Positions 19,440 to 29,567 of a DNA stretch of 64,000 bases are shown here, piece after piece. A program made the position numbers and the translations under genes. Positions within the stretch are counted from its first letter, which is position 1. Each line of letters opens with the position of its first letter. This DNA comes from Spirochaetota bacterium (lineage in GTDB: Bacteria; Spirochaetota; UBA6919; CBDBPB01): assembly GCA_965208615.1 (NCBI GenBank), contig CBDBPB010000006.1, forward strand, positions 64,001 to 128,000, read 5' to 3'. The notes beneath the pieces are model-generated. The model did no database searches. It was not told the DNA's origin and saw nothing but the letters and a program-made list of their open reading frames with translations.

Positions 19440-21992
19440 ATGAAAAAGTTAGTAGATGTTTTTAACAGTATAAGCATACGAAATAGGTTTATATTATCCT
19501 ATTTATTTATTGCTTTACTTTTTGCTATAGCTTTTGTCATTATTTCTTATGATAGTATTAGCGGTTTTATTTTAAATAGGCATGACATTAAAAGCTATAA
19601 TTCAGAATACATTACAAAGCTTTTATTTTTTGGTTTAGCTATAATTATTATTGCATTAATTCTCTCTGTTATTGCATCTAATTATTTTAACTCCAAATTT
19701 AATAGGATCATAGCTTTATTAAAACTTTATTCTGATGGTAATTTAGAGGTACGAGAAGAGGTTAATAGTAATGATGAATTGGGATATATATTTAGGGCTC
19801 TTAATTCTATGGCTGATTCACTAGTTAAAAGCCATAATACTATTACTGGAGCAAAGGATAGAATAAAAGATTTATATGATAATGCACCTTCTATGTTTTG
19901 CGTAATGGATTTAAATGGAGTAATTTTTGATGTTAACTTAACACTATCCAATAATCTTTTAGGTACTAAGGCATCATTTATTGGCCGTAATTTTTTAGAG
20001 TTGGTATCTGATGATACTAAGGAAGTATTTGGAAATAGTTTTATAGAGTTTATTTTTAGTAGTAACGAGGATCAAAACATAGAGTTTAAGCTTAATGTAG
20101 TAGAAAATAAAAAGATTTATGTTTCAATGACATGGAATTTAATAACTAATAACAGTGAATATTATTTTAATACTGAGGCATATCATAAGGGAAAGCCTAT
20201 ATTTGGTATTCGTTCTGTGGTTAATGATATTACTAAGGAAAAAGAGGCTGAGATTCGTAAATCTACTTTACTTGATTCTATGAACAATATTCCAATGCTA
20301 TTGGGGGATGTAATAGCTGGAGAGGAGGTATTTGTATATATTCTTATAGAGCTTAGCAAGGTAGTTGACTATAAGTTTGGATGTTTACTTTTTGCTCCTG
20401 ATGAAGAGTATGGAGGATATAGAATAGCTGCTGATTTTAATCCTAACACTCAGGATTGTAATAAACTAGTTGGAGAGGGTTTTAATCCAAAGAGTAAAGA
20501 GTTAGAGTATATAATAGAAAGTAAGGATAGTCATGTTTTTGATGGTTTATGCTTTGAAGGCAGTGGAGGTAAATCTTTTATAATATCTTTGTTTATATCT
20601 GGTGAATTATATGGAATTATGATAATTGATAAGGTTAGTGATTTTAATAGTGAAGAGTTAGACTTTTGTAAGGCTTTTGCCAGTTTGATGTCTGGATCAA
20701 TACACGATCTTATTTTAAAAGAAAGGCTTCAGGTAAGTGCTATAGAGGTAAAGCAGACCTTAAAAGAGCTTGAGGATAAAAATCTTATATTGCAAAAAGA
20801 AATAGATATGGCTGTTTTTGTTCAGCAGGGTATACTGCCTCCTAAGGACTACTATTTTAATGGTATTCATATTGTTAGTTATTATGAGGCTATGGCAAAG
20901 GTTGGCGGAGATTTTTATGATTTTTTTCATATCCCTAATGGTCAGTTAGTTATACTTATTGCTGATGTATCCGGTCATGGTATTCCAGCCGCTCTTGTTA
21001 CTACTATGGCTAAAACTATTTTTAATAGGGCTGCTAATAATTCTTCTTCTCCTAAAGAGATTATGAAAGAGGCTAATCTTGAAATTTGTGCTAACGTTAA
21101 AACTGATGATTACTTATCTGCTTTTATTATCGTAATAGATAAAAAGTTTAATCTTAGTTATTCTAATGCAGGACATCAAGCCGCCTTGTTATATAGAAAG
21201 CATGAGAATAGGCTTGAAAAGCTTGACACCCCTGGTTTTTTTCTTGGTATAATGGATGAGGCAGATAGTTCTTATGAAGAAAAGTCTATTAAATTTGGCT
21301 ATGGGGATAGATTACTTTTATATACTGATGGAGTTGTAGAAAGTGTAAATGATAATAACGAGCAATTTGCTATTGAGAGGTTAGAGGATATTTTCTCAGA
21401 AAACCAGAATATGGCTGTTGATGATTTACGGGAGATAATTTTAGGACAGTTAGCAGATTTTACTAATAACAAGGAGCCTAATGATGATATATCCCTTGTG
21501 ATTGTTGAGTTAGCTGAAGAGTATGAGCAAGTTGTAGATGCTATTTATTGGGGGAATGCAAATTTTCATGTTAAAAACTATGAAGACAGTTTAAAATATT
21601 TTTATCGTGCAATTGATATTGATCATCAAAATTTAGATGTTATAATATGCATAGCAGAGTCACATTTTAGGCTTGGACAGTATGATAAAAGTATAGAGTT
21701 TTATGAGCGTTATATAGGCGTAAAAAAGAGTAATCCTATGGTTTATTTTCATTTAGGATTATCCTACTTTAAGATTGCTAACTATGATAAAGCAATTGAA
21801 AGTGGTTTAAATGCTTTAAATATTGATAAAACTTTTATTAGGGCATACCATTTATTAGGTTTAGTTTACAAAAAGCTAAAGGACTATGATGAGGCTAAAA
21901 AGTACTTTCTTGAGCTTTTAAAGATTGATCCTGACAATAAAAAAGCAAAAAATGAATTTCATCATTTAAGCTCACTAATTAATAATAAATAA
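19440..21992 (+). CDS. Membrane sensor phosphatase: 2TM-HAMP-PAS-GAF-like-PP2C (SpoIIE/RsbU)-TPR
   Basis: HAMP 'SNDELGYIFRALNSMA'; PAS 'LYDNAP..FIGRNFLELV'; PP2C VGGDFYD, IADVSGHG, NAGH, YTDGVVE, DDIS; four or so TPRs at the C-terminus. Confidence 0.9.
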   Translation: MKKLVDVFNSISIRNRFILSYLFIALLFAIAFVIISYDSISGFILNRHDIKSYNSEYITKLLFFGLAIIIIALILSVIASNYFNSKFNRIIALLKLYSDGNLEVREEVNSNDELGYIFRALNSMADSLVKSHNTITGAKDRIKDLYDNAPSMFCVMDLNGVIFDVNLTLSNNLLGTKASFIGRNFLELVSDDTKEVFGNSFIEFIFSSNEDQNIEFKLNVVENKKIYVSMTWNLITNNSEYYFNTEAYHKGKPIFGIRSVVNDITKEKEAEIRKSTLLDSMNNIPMLLGDVIAGEEVFVYILIELSKVVDYKFGCLLFAPDEEYGGYRIAADFNPNTQDCNKLVGEGFNPKSKELEYIIESKDSHVFDGLCFEGSGGKSFIISLFISGELYGIMIIDKVSDFNSEELDFCKAFASLMSGSIHDLILKERLQVSAIEVKQTLKELEDKNLILQKEIDMAVFVQQGILPPKDYYFNGIHIVSYYEAMAKVGGDFYDFFHIPNGQLVILIADVSGHGIPAALVTTMAKTIFNRAANNSSSPKEIMKEANLEICANVKTDDYLSAFIIVIDKKFNLSYSNAGHQAALLYRKHENRLEKLDTPGFFLGIMDEADSSYEEKSIKFGYGDRLLLYTDGVVESVNDNNEQFAIERLEDIFSENQNMAVDDLREIILGQLADFTNNKEPNDDISLVIVELAEEYEQVVDAIYWGNANFHVKNYEDSLKYFYRAIDIDHQNLDVIICIAESHFRLGQYDKSIEFYERYIGVKKSNPMVYFHLGLSYFKIANYDKAIESGLNALNIDKTFIRAYHLLGLVYKKLKDYDEAKKYFLELLKIDPDNKKAKNEFHHLSSLINNK

Positions 21993-21998
21993 TTAATT

Positions 21999-22193
21999 TT
22001 AACCAACTACTTTTTCTACTTTTCCGGAGCGTAGGCATCTAGTACATATTTTAATTTTTTTTATTGACCCTTTTATATTAGCTTTAATAGTTAATAGATT
22101 TATTTTCCATTGTCGTTTAGTTTTTCTATTTGAGTGGCTTACCTTATTACCAAATTTTGTTCCTTTATTGCATATATGACAAGATCTTCCCAT
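21999..22193 (-). CDS. rpmB: 50S ribosomal protein L28 (Cys-containing form)
   Basis: CHICNKG..GNKVSHSNRKTKR.W..N..ICTRCLRSG. Confidence 0.96.
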   Translation of the reverse strand: MGRSCHICNKGTKFGNKVSHSNRKTKRQWKINLLTIKANIKGSIKKIKICTRCLRSGKVEKVVG

Positions 22194-22384
22194 TATAACC
22201 TCTATTATTAGTATATTTAAAGTTAATATTATTTTTAATTATTGAGTGTAAATATAATAAAAATTATTAAAAGTCAAATTTTATATACTATCTTTCTTAG
22301 TTATGATTAGTTATAACTAATTTTTGAAGTCATTCGATTTTGGATGTATATTTTTTTTACTATTATTTTACTATATAGGTATTT

Positions 22385-23998
22385 ATGTTTATAAACAGGT
22401 CTCGTGCTATAATTATTTTTATTTTAACAATTATTTTTACTATGGGAATCGTATTTAGGTTAACCAGTCTATCTTTTATTGGTATTTTTAATAAAAAGCA
22501 TAGTTTCCCTATTAATAACACTGTATTAAGGGGCATGATTTTTGATAGAAACGGCATTATTATGGCGGGGAGTAGACAGGTTTACTCTATAGCTGCTGAT
22601 CCTCAGGAGTTAAATAATATTAATAGAATGGAGCTTAGGGAAAGGTTAAATGAGCTTAGTAGAATATTGGGCATAAAGACTAATAAAATCATTAATATAC
22701 TATTGAGGGGAGCCAGTAAAAAGTTTGTATGGCTTAAGCGTAAGGTACAAAATAAGGCATATTTAGCTATTAAGTCTTTGAATATTAAGGGTATATATTT
22801 TAAGGAGGAGTATAAAAGGGTTTATCCACATTCTAGTACTGCATCACATTTATTGGGCTTTGCTGGTATTGATGATGTTGGTTTAGAGGGTTTGGAGTTA
22901 GCTTATGATGATATTCTTAAGCCTGACAGTGATAATAAAGAGATAGCTTATGGAGATCATTTATATTTGACTATTGATTATTATATTCAGAGAATAGCAG
23001 AGAGGGTTTTAGAAGGGGGTGTAAAAAAGTATAATGCTGAAGGGGGGACTATATTGGTTATGGATTCATCAAACGGAGAGATTCTTTCTTTGGCAAACTA
23101 TCCCAATTATGATAATAATAGATTTCAGTTATATTCTAAGGTTAGTTATAAGAACGTTGCTATTACTAACCATTATGAACCTGGATCTACATTTAAGATG
23201 TTTGTTGCGGCAATGCTTTTGGAGGAAAAGAAGGTTAATCTTAAGGAGTTATTTTATTGTTCTGGCAGTATAACTATAGGGGGCAGATTAATTAAGTGTC
23301 CTCATAAGCATGGATATATTGATATAAGGGGAATATTAAAAAAGTCTTGCAATGTGGGGATAATAACGGCATCCATGAGATTACAAAGAAAGGTATTTTA
23401 TAATTATTTAAAGAGGTTTGGTTTTGGAGAGGAGACAAAATTAGGTTTATTAGGTGAGAGTGCTGGAGTTATTAAGAATTATAATAAAATAAACGCTTTA
23501 TCACAGGCTATGATTTCTTTTGGTTATGAGGTAGCTGTAACTCCGTTGCAGTTAGCCATGGCATCATCAGTTATAGCAAATGGAGGTATTTTATATAAGC
23601 CTATACTCATTAAGAAGCTTGTTGATAAGGATAATAGGGTATTTAGCAGGGCTAGTTCTGTTGTTAGAAGGAGGGTTATATCTAAAAGGACATCTAGTCA
23701 GCTTATGTTTATGCTTGAGTCGGTATTAGAGCCGGGTGGTACCGGAGAAAGGGGGAATATTAAGGGGATATCCATAGCTGGCAAAACTGGAACGGTTAAC
23801 ATTTATAATCCTGAAAGGGGTAAATATGATTCAGACAATGTTAACACGATATTCATTGGATTTTTACCTAGTTATGATAGGGTTTTAACAGTATTAGTTA
23901 TGTTCCGCAAGCCGGGGACTAATAAGTCATCTAGTTTTGTATCAGTACCTATTTTTAAGAAGCTTGCATCAGAGATATTATCGAAGGGTTTGTACTGA
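22385..23998 (+). CDS. ftsI: Class B penicillin-binding protein (FtsI/PBP3-like), outside a dcw cluster
   Basis: RGMIFDRNG, RVYP, GLEGLE, EPGSTFK (SxxK), SCN (SxN), GKTGT. Confidence 0.8.
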   Translation: MFINRSRAIIIFILTIIFTMGIVFRLTSLSFIGIFNKKHSFPINNTVLRGMIFDRNGIIMAGSRQVYSIAADPQELNNINRMELRERLNELSRILGIKTNKIINILLRGASKKFVWLKRKVQNKAYLAIKSLNIKGIYFKEEYKRVYPHSSTASHLLGFAGIDDVGLEGLELAYDDILKPDSDNKEIAYGDHLYLTIDYYIQRIAERVLEGGVKKYNAEGGTILVMDSSNGEILSLANYPNYDNNRFQLYSKVSYKNVAITNHYEPGSTFKMFVAAMLLEEKKVNLKELFYCSGSITIGGRLIKCPHKHGYIDIRGILKKSCNVGIITASMRLQRKVFYNYLKRFGFGEETKLGLLGESAGVIKNYNKINALSQAMISFGYEVAVTPLQLAMASSVIANGGILYKPILIKKLVDKDNRVFSRASSVVRRRVISKRTSSQLMFMLESVLEPGGTGERGNIKGISIAGKTGTVNIYNPERGKYDSDNVNTIFIGFLPSYDRVLTVLVMFRKPGTNKSSSFVSVPIFKKLASEILSKGLY

Positions 23999-24045
23999 AG
24001 TATGTTAGGAGTAGTTATTAAGCTTTTCAACGTTGATATGGAAAG

Positions 24046-24092
24046 TGTATTTTAATGTATACATATCTTATTGTACAGTTAAATATAGTAAA
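24046..24092 (+). repeat. Dispersed intergenic repeat, copy 2
   Basis: TGTATTTTAATGTATACATATCTTATTGTACAGTTAAATATAGTAAA equals copy 1 with one substitution and a 4-nt insertion. Confidence 0.8.
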
Positions 24093-24280
24093 AATGACAT
24101 TTTATGATAATTTGATTATTAAAGAGTGACAATTATTTTATAACATATAACGTAAAGGCAAGTGTACTTTAGATTTATTTGTGGAACAGGAAAAATAAAA
24201 TATTGATGGAAAAGTTATTTTCTTGTGTCAAACAGATTATCCTCATCACTTTAAGTGCTATTAAGAATCCATATTTTGGC

Positions 24281-24655
24281 TTATCCTGAATACGGCTTTT
24301 TGGGAGAGTCTATAAAAAATGAACAATGATAATCTAATATTTTACCCTCTCCATAAAAAAAATATGAAAAATTAGAACGATTATCATAATTCTCCATAGT
24401 AACAATGCTAATGCTTAACTTTTTGAATATTCTATCTGCAATCTTATTGTATAGTATTTCAGAACTAAGAGTTGAATCAAGTTCTATGTCTATCCCTATA
24501 TTATAGTCGTTATTAGAGAAGTTTTTGCGTATGCGAATCCTATGTATAGGAAAAATAAACAATAACTCCTCTAGATATGGCTTAAATTTTAACTCTTTTT
24601 TAGTAAGCTTAAACTCTGGTACTTCGCTTACACCATTATAAACTTGAAAAATCAT
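24281..24655 (-). CDS. Hypothetical protein
   Basis: 124-aa ORF with AAGGT-like RBS, no competing long ORF; no motif recognised. Confidence 0.6.
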   Translation of the reverse strand: MIFQVYNGVSEVPEFKLTKKELKFKPYLEELLFIFPIHRIRIRKNFSNNDYNIGIDIELDSTLSSEILYNKIADRIFKKLSISIVTMENYDNRSNFSYFFYGEGKILDYHCSFFIDSPKKPYSG

Positions 24656-24919
24656 AAACTACCTTGACTATAATCTTTTACCTATTTATATAAACTATAT
24701 CGACAAAGGGTTTATGATATTCAATTTGCACTTATTTACTACAAGTATTTGCTCTTCTATTTAAATATAGATAATTATTTCTATAATAATAAATAGCCAT
24801 GTTAAAAAATAAGTTTTAGTAAAAAAAATAAAATTTACCTACGAAATTTAAAACTATTATGTTTAATATATATATAATTTTTACGATAATTCAAAAATAA
24901 ACTTAAGTTAGAGGTAATT

Positions 24920-25423
24920 ATGCAGGGAGAAGGCTCTTTAAGTAAAGAGGATATTGATGCTTTGTTGATGGGATCAGAAGATGCTGATGTTGCTACCGAA
25001 GCTGAAGAAAAACCACAATCGGATGACAACCTAACTAAAGATTTGGGTGATATGACTGACTTTAGTAGTTCTGCTTCTGATGCAGAAGAAGAACCTGTTA
25101 CAGTAAAAAAAGAAAAAACTATAAAAAAGCATAGCAAAGCTAAAAATATAGAATTTGAAGATTCAGAAAATATGGAGTTGCTATTAGACGTTAAAATGAA
25201 TCTCTCTGTAGAGCTTGGTAGGGCTAAAATGCAAATAGAAAAAGTACTCGACCTTGGCCCAGGAGCAGTTGTTGAACTGGATAAGCTTAATGGTGAATAT
25301 GTTGATATAATGGTGAATAATCGATTAGTTGCTCGCGGTGAGGTGGTTGCCGTTGATGAGACTTTTGGAGTAAGAATTGTAGAGATTATTGATCCTAGTG
25401 AAAGATTTAAAATCGAACTTTAG
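24920..25423 (+). CDS. fliN: Flagellar motor switch protein FliN with N-terminal CheY-binding-like peptide
   Basis: SpoA domain 'LLLDVKMNLSVELGR..GAVVELDKL.GE.VDI.VN..VARGEVV....FGVRI'; N-terminal LSKEDIDALL. Confidence 0.92.
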   Translation: MQGEGSLSKEDIDALLMGSEDADVATEAEEKPQSDDNLTKDLGDMTDFSSSASDAEEEPVTVKKEKTIKKHSKAKNIEFEDSENMELLLDVKMNLSVELGRAKMQIEKVLDLGPGAVVELDKLNGEYVDIMVNNRLVARGEVVAVDETFGVRIVEIIDPSERFKIEL

Positions 25424-25501
25424 TAAAACCCTGAAAATCTATATTAAATAGTAGGAAAATGTAAATAATAGGTTATATTTTATTTTACAGGAAAGATAAA
25501 A

Positions 25502-26197
25502 TTGGGGTTTTTTTTAATGGTATTACATAGAGGAGATAGTGATAATCTAACTGGTAATGGAATAGTCTATTGGAACGTGGAAGGAGAAAACTTTATTGCA
25601 TCTGGCTACGAGGTTTTCGCTATTAATTTCATCGTCTCATCACTACAATTGGATAATAAGTTGTTGACCGCTACTTTTCCACCAATACCTTTTCAAAATG
25701 TTAATGCTCTCTTTGATAGGCTTGTTGATGTGCAATGTGATATTATTTACGGCGGTGATATAAAATTTCCTGATACTCAAAAAAACTTTTCAAGCTTTTA
25801 TAAAAATGAATTTGCTAAATATAACAAAATAATTGAAGAATATGTAGAGTGTTATAAAGAAAAGTTTATTGTTATAGTGGAAAAGCTTAGTGAACAAGAA
25901 AAATTATACATGCTAAAAGATATTGCTAATAAAACCAGAATAGAACTACAAGAAGGCGGTAAAACAAGGCTTTTATTTAAAAAGAAAATAAAAAAATTAA
26001 CAGAGACTTTAGAGTCTAATAAATATGATTTGTCGAATTTTAAACAGGCTATTTTTATGCCTGGTAAGGTTGGTGATGAGTTATCCTCGCTATATATAAA
26101 AAAGTTCTTTGCTATTTTTTATGAGGACTATGAAGATGCCTTGCTTATAAAAAATGAAATTACTGTTTTAGAGAAACACCTTAATAAAGATATTTAA
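25502..26197 (+). CDS. Hypothetical protein with C-terminal UVR-like helix
   Basis: 231-aa ORF between fliN and murB (ATG at 25517 possible); ends 'EDYEDALLIKNEI', like the UvrB/C motif E.YE.AA..RD.I. Confidence 0.65.
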   Translation: MGFFLMVLHRGDSDNLTGNGIVYWNVEGENFIASGYEVFAINFIVSSLQLDNKLLTATFPPIPFQNVNALFDRLVDVQCDIIYGGDIKFPDTQKNFSSFYKNEFAKYNKIIEEYVECYKEKFIVIVEKLSEQEKLYMLKDIANKTRIELQEGGKTRLLFKKKIKKLTETLESNKYDLSNFKQAIFMPGKVGDELSSLYIKKFFAIFYEDYEDALLIKNEITVLEKHLNKDI

Positions 26198-26212
26198 CTG
26201 TTAAAAAAAAAT

Positions 26213-27082
26213 ATGAAAGAAATGAAAAATATTTTTTTATCTGAGTTAACTAGCTTTAAAATAGGCGGTAAGGCTAAGAGCTTTTTTAAGCCAGCTACAG
26301 TTGAAGAGGCTATAAGCACTTTAACCTTTTTGAAAAAACAAAATATTACTTATTTTATCTTGGGTGGTGGTAGTAACGTATTAATAGGTAGTAAGGATTA
26401 TGATGGAGCTGTTATATCCACTTTATCTATGGATTGGGTTAATTTAGAGGATAACGCTCTTAGAGCAGGTTCTGGCTTATTAAGTAGTGATTTGTCTGTT
26501 TTTGCCTATAAAAATGCTATTAGAGGGTTTGAGTTTTTGTATAAGCTTCCTGGTACGGTTGGTGGAGCAGTTCTAATGAACGCTAAGGCTTTTAATAGTA
26601 GTATTAGTGATATAGTCTTGGAGGTTAAAGTAGTTGATAGGGAGAATAAAATAAGGGTCTTTTTAGGTAATGAAATAGACTTTGAATATAAAAAAAGTAT
26701 TTTTCAAAATAATGATTATTTAATTGTAGAGGTAGTTTTAAAGGCAGATAGGGGGAGTAGTAGTAAGATTAAGGCTATAATGGAATTTAATGAAAAAAAG
26801 AGGCTATCTTCTGGACACTATAACTATCCTAGTGCTGGGTGTATATTTAAAAACAACTATAACATTGGAATACCAAGTGGAAAACTAATAGATGACTTAG
26901 GCTTAAAAGGTGAGAGAGTTGGTGATGCCCAAGTATACGAAAAACATGCTAATTTCATTATTAATAGGGGAAAGGCAACTTCTGATGACGTTATAAGCCT
27001 TATTAATAAAATTAAAAAAAAGGTTATGAAAGAAAGAAATATTAACTTGGAGTGTGAAGTTAAATTTCATGGGGAGTTATAG
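26213..27082 (+). CDS. murB: UDP-N-acetylenolpyruvoylglucosamine reductase
   Basis: TSFKIGG, LGGGSNVL, PGTVGGAVLMNA, YPSAGCIFKN, KHANFIIN, LECEV. Confidence 0.95.
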   Translation: MKEMKNIFLSELTSFKIGGKAKSFFKPATVEEAISTLTFLKKQNITYFILGGGSNVLIGSKDYDGAVISTLSMDWVNLEDNALRAGSGLLSSDLSVFAYKNAIRGFEFLYKLPGTVGGAVLMNAKAFNSSISDIVLEVKVVDRENKIRVFLGNEIDFEYKKSIFQNNDYLIVEVVLKADRGSSSKIKAIMEFNEKKRLSSGHYNYPSAGCIFKNNYNIGIPSGKLIDDLGLKGERVGDAQVYEKHANFIINRGKATSDDVISLINKIKKKVMKERNINLECEVKFHGEL

Positions 27083-27152
27083 TATAATTCCTTATTGGCG
27101 GGTCTGCTATTTTGTTGTTTAGATAATATGCTATCTTAAACTGGATGAATTA

Positions 27153-29381
27153 TTGAAAAAGCATTTAATGATAATTGGAGGCGGGCTTCTTCAGGTACCT
27201 GTTATCCAGACTGCTAAAGAAATGGGTTTAGCTACCATTGTTACGGATTATAACAAATCTGCCTATGGTTTAAAGATTGCCGATTACCCTATTATTATGA
27301 GTACTAGGGATATAGAAGGTACTGTTAGGGTTGCACGGGCATTTAACGATCACATTGCTATTGATGGGGTTATTACGGTTGGTACTGATGCCTCTATGAC
27401 TGTAGCCGCTGTAGCTGGGGCTATTAATCTTAGTGGGATTAAGTTTGAGAATGCTTTAGCCGCTACTAATAAACTTAAAATGCGTCAAAGGTTTGAGGAG
27501 CATTGTGTACCATCCACTGGTTTCATGGGATGCTGGACTAAAGAAGAAAGTTTTATAGCTGTTAAAGATCTTGGTTTACCTGTTGTTGTAAAGCCTACTA
27601 CGAATATGGGTGCTCGCGGTGTAACTAGAGTAAATCATAAGGATAATCTTGAAAAGGCATTTAACCTTGCTAAGCAGAACTCTCCTAGTGGAGAGGTGAT
27701 TATTGAGCAATATATTGAGGGCTATGAGCTTAGTATTGATGCACTTATATTTAATAATAAGTTTTACGTTTCTGGTATTGCTGATAGGATAATTCAATAT
27801 AGTCCATATTTTGTTGAAATTGGACATATAATGCCTTCTAACAAGCCTAAGCAAGTTATTGAAGAGGCTATTAGGGTTATGAAGAGCGGCACAAAAGCTT
27901 TGGGATTAGACATTGGTGCTGCAAAGGGAGATATTAGGGTTAACTCTGATGGCGCTAAGATTATTGAACTTGCAGCTAGGCTGTCTGGCGGGTTTATGTC
28001 TGCTTATACTTATCCTTATTCTACTGGGGTTAATTTAATAAAAAATGCGATTTTAATTGCTTTGGGCGAAGAGCCTAAAGAAATGACTCCTGTTTTAGAT
28101 AATACTTCTGTTGAGATGGCTATTATCCCTGAACCGGGAATAGTTAAGTCTATTTATGGGGTGGATAATGCTAAAGCACTTAAAGGGGTTAAAAATGTTT
28201 TTATTAATGTTCAGGAAGGGGATATAGTAAGAACCCCTACTAATAACATTGAGAAAAGCGGGCATATAATATCTGTTGCTAAGACTCGGGATGAAGCACT
28301 TAAAATCATTGAAAAAGCATTAGCGTGTATAAAAATTGATACAGAAAAAGAAGGGGATATTAGTTATAATGAGATTAAGCGTAATGCTCTTAAGAATTTT
28401 AATAAGACATGCTTTGTTTGCAAGGTTTGTGACGGCAGGGAGTGTAAGGGACAAGTACCTGGTATGGGGGGGATTGGTGATGCTAGTTCATTTTTCAATA
28501 ATATAAAGGCCTTAAAAAGATATAACATTATTCCTTCTTACGTACACGATGTAGCTTTTCCTGATTTAAGGACAGAGTTATTTGGATATAATTTAAGTTT
28601 TCCATTAATAATTGCCCCTATTACTGGGACTAAGACTAATATGGGTGGACTTATTGATGAATTAGACTTTGTAAGGGCAATGACTAAAGGGGCTCAAATA
28701 TCGGGGACTATTGCTATGGTAGGCGATGGTGCTAGTCCTGATAAATATCTTGATGGTTTAAGTGCAATTAAAGATCTTAGGGGTAGGGGTATTCCTATAT
28801 TTAAGCCAAGGGTTAATCAAGAAGAAATCATAAAGAGGATTCACGAGGCAGAAAAGGTTAATGCTATTGCTGTTGGAATGGATATAGATGCTGCATATTT
28901 TAGGACTATGAAGCTTAAGGATCAGAAGGTTGAACCTAAAAGCATTCACAAAATCAAGAACTTAGTAAACTCTACTAAACTACCATTTATTTTGAAGGGT
29001 ATTATGAGTAGGACTGATGCTCTTAGGGCATTAGATACTGGTGCCAAGGCAATTATTGTATCTAATCATGGTGGGAGGGTTATGGAGTCTATGTTTGGTA
29101 GTGTTGATGTTCTTGGGGAGATTGTTGATTCCGTTGGTAAGTATATGACTATTATGGTGGATGGTGGTTTTCGTAGTGGGGTGGATATATTTAAGGGTCT
29201 TGCTTTGGGAGCGGATATAGTTTGTGTAGGCAGGCCAGTAGTTATTGGTGCATATGGCGGTAGAGAGAGAGGGGTTAAATTTGTACTTGATCAGTTTAAG
29301 GAAGAGTTAAAGAAAGCAATGATATTAACTGGAGTCAGTACTATTAAGGACTTTCATAGGGAACTTTTAAGTCAGTCTTAG
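27153..29381 (+). CDS. Fusion: ATP-grasp ligase + FMN-dependent alpha-hydroxy-acid dehydrogenase with Cys-rich N-terminal motif
   Basis: Residues about 1-400: IIGGGLLQ, NKLKMR, PVVVKP..MGARGV, IIEQYIEG, IELAARLSG. Residues about 415-742: CFVCKVCDGREC, APITG, LPFILKGIM, SNHGGR, DGGFRSGVDIFKGLALGA. Confidence 0.88.
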   Translation: MKKHLMIIGGGLLQVPVIQTAKEMGLATIVTDYNKSAYGLKIADYPIIMSTRDIEGTVRVARAFNDHIAIDGVITVGTDASMTVAAVAGAINLSGIKFENALAATNKLKMRQRFEEHCVPSTGFMGCWTKEESFIAVKDLGLPVVVKPTTNMGARGVTRVNHKDNLEKAFNLAKQNSPSGEVIIEQYIEGYELSIDALIFNNKFYVSGIADRIIQYSPYFVEIGHIMPSNKPKQVIEEAIRVMKSGTKALGLDIGAAKGDIRVNSDGAKIIELAARLSGGFMSAYTYPYSTGVNLIKNAILIALGEEPKEMTPVLDNTSVEMAIIPEPGIVKSIYGVDNAKALKGVKNVFINVQEGDIVRTPTNNIEKSGHIISVAKTRDEALKIIEKALACIKIDTEKEGDISYNEIKRNALKNFNKTCFVCKVCDGRECKGQVPGMGGIGDASSFFNNIKALKRYNIIPSYVHDVAFPDLRTELFGYNLSFPLIIAPITGTKTNMGGLIDELDFVRAMTKGAQISGTIAMVGDGASPDKYLDGLSAIKDLRGRGIPIFKPRVNQEEIIKRIHEAEKVNAIAVGMDIDAAYFRTMKLKDQKVEPKSIHKIKNLVNSTKLPFILKGIMSRTDALRALDTGAKAIIVSNHGGRVMESMFGSVDVLGEIVDSVGKYMTIMVDGGFRSGVDIFKGLALGADIVCVGRPVVIGAYGGRERGVKFVLDQFKEELKKAMILTGVSTIKDFHRELLSQS

Positions 29382-29423
29382 CATATATATAATTAACATA
29401 AATCCACTAGAATATTGATAACT

Positions 29424-29454
29424 ACCTGTATAAAAAAGTATACATTAGAATACA
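29424..29454 (-). repeat. Dispersed intergenic repeat, partial copy 3
   Basis: Reverse complement TGTATTCTAATGTATACTTTTTTATACAGGT matches the first 31 nt of copy 1 at 25 of 31 positions. Confidence 0.6.
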
Positions 29455-29567
29455 CATATAACACCTATATTATAAAGTTTAATAACAATATTAAATACTA
29501 TGTCTTATAATTTATTTTACTTGACTTTTTTATAACTTCGTGTTATATCTTACTTAGAAAATGCGAA

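Noticed and set aside
24095-24265. Possible gene remnant between ftsI and the 24281 ORF
   Set aside because: The reading from ATG has several stops and no recognisable motif.
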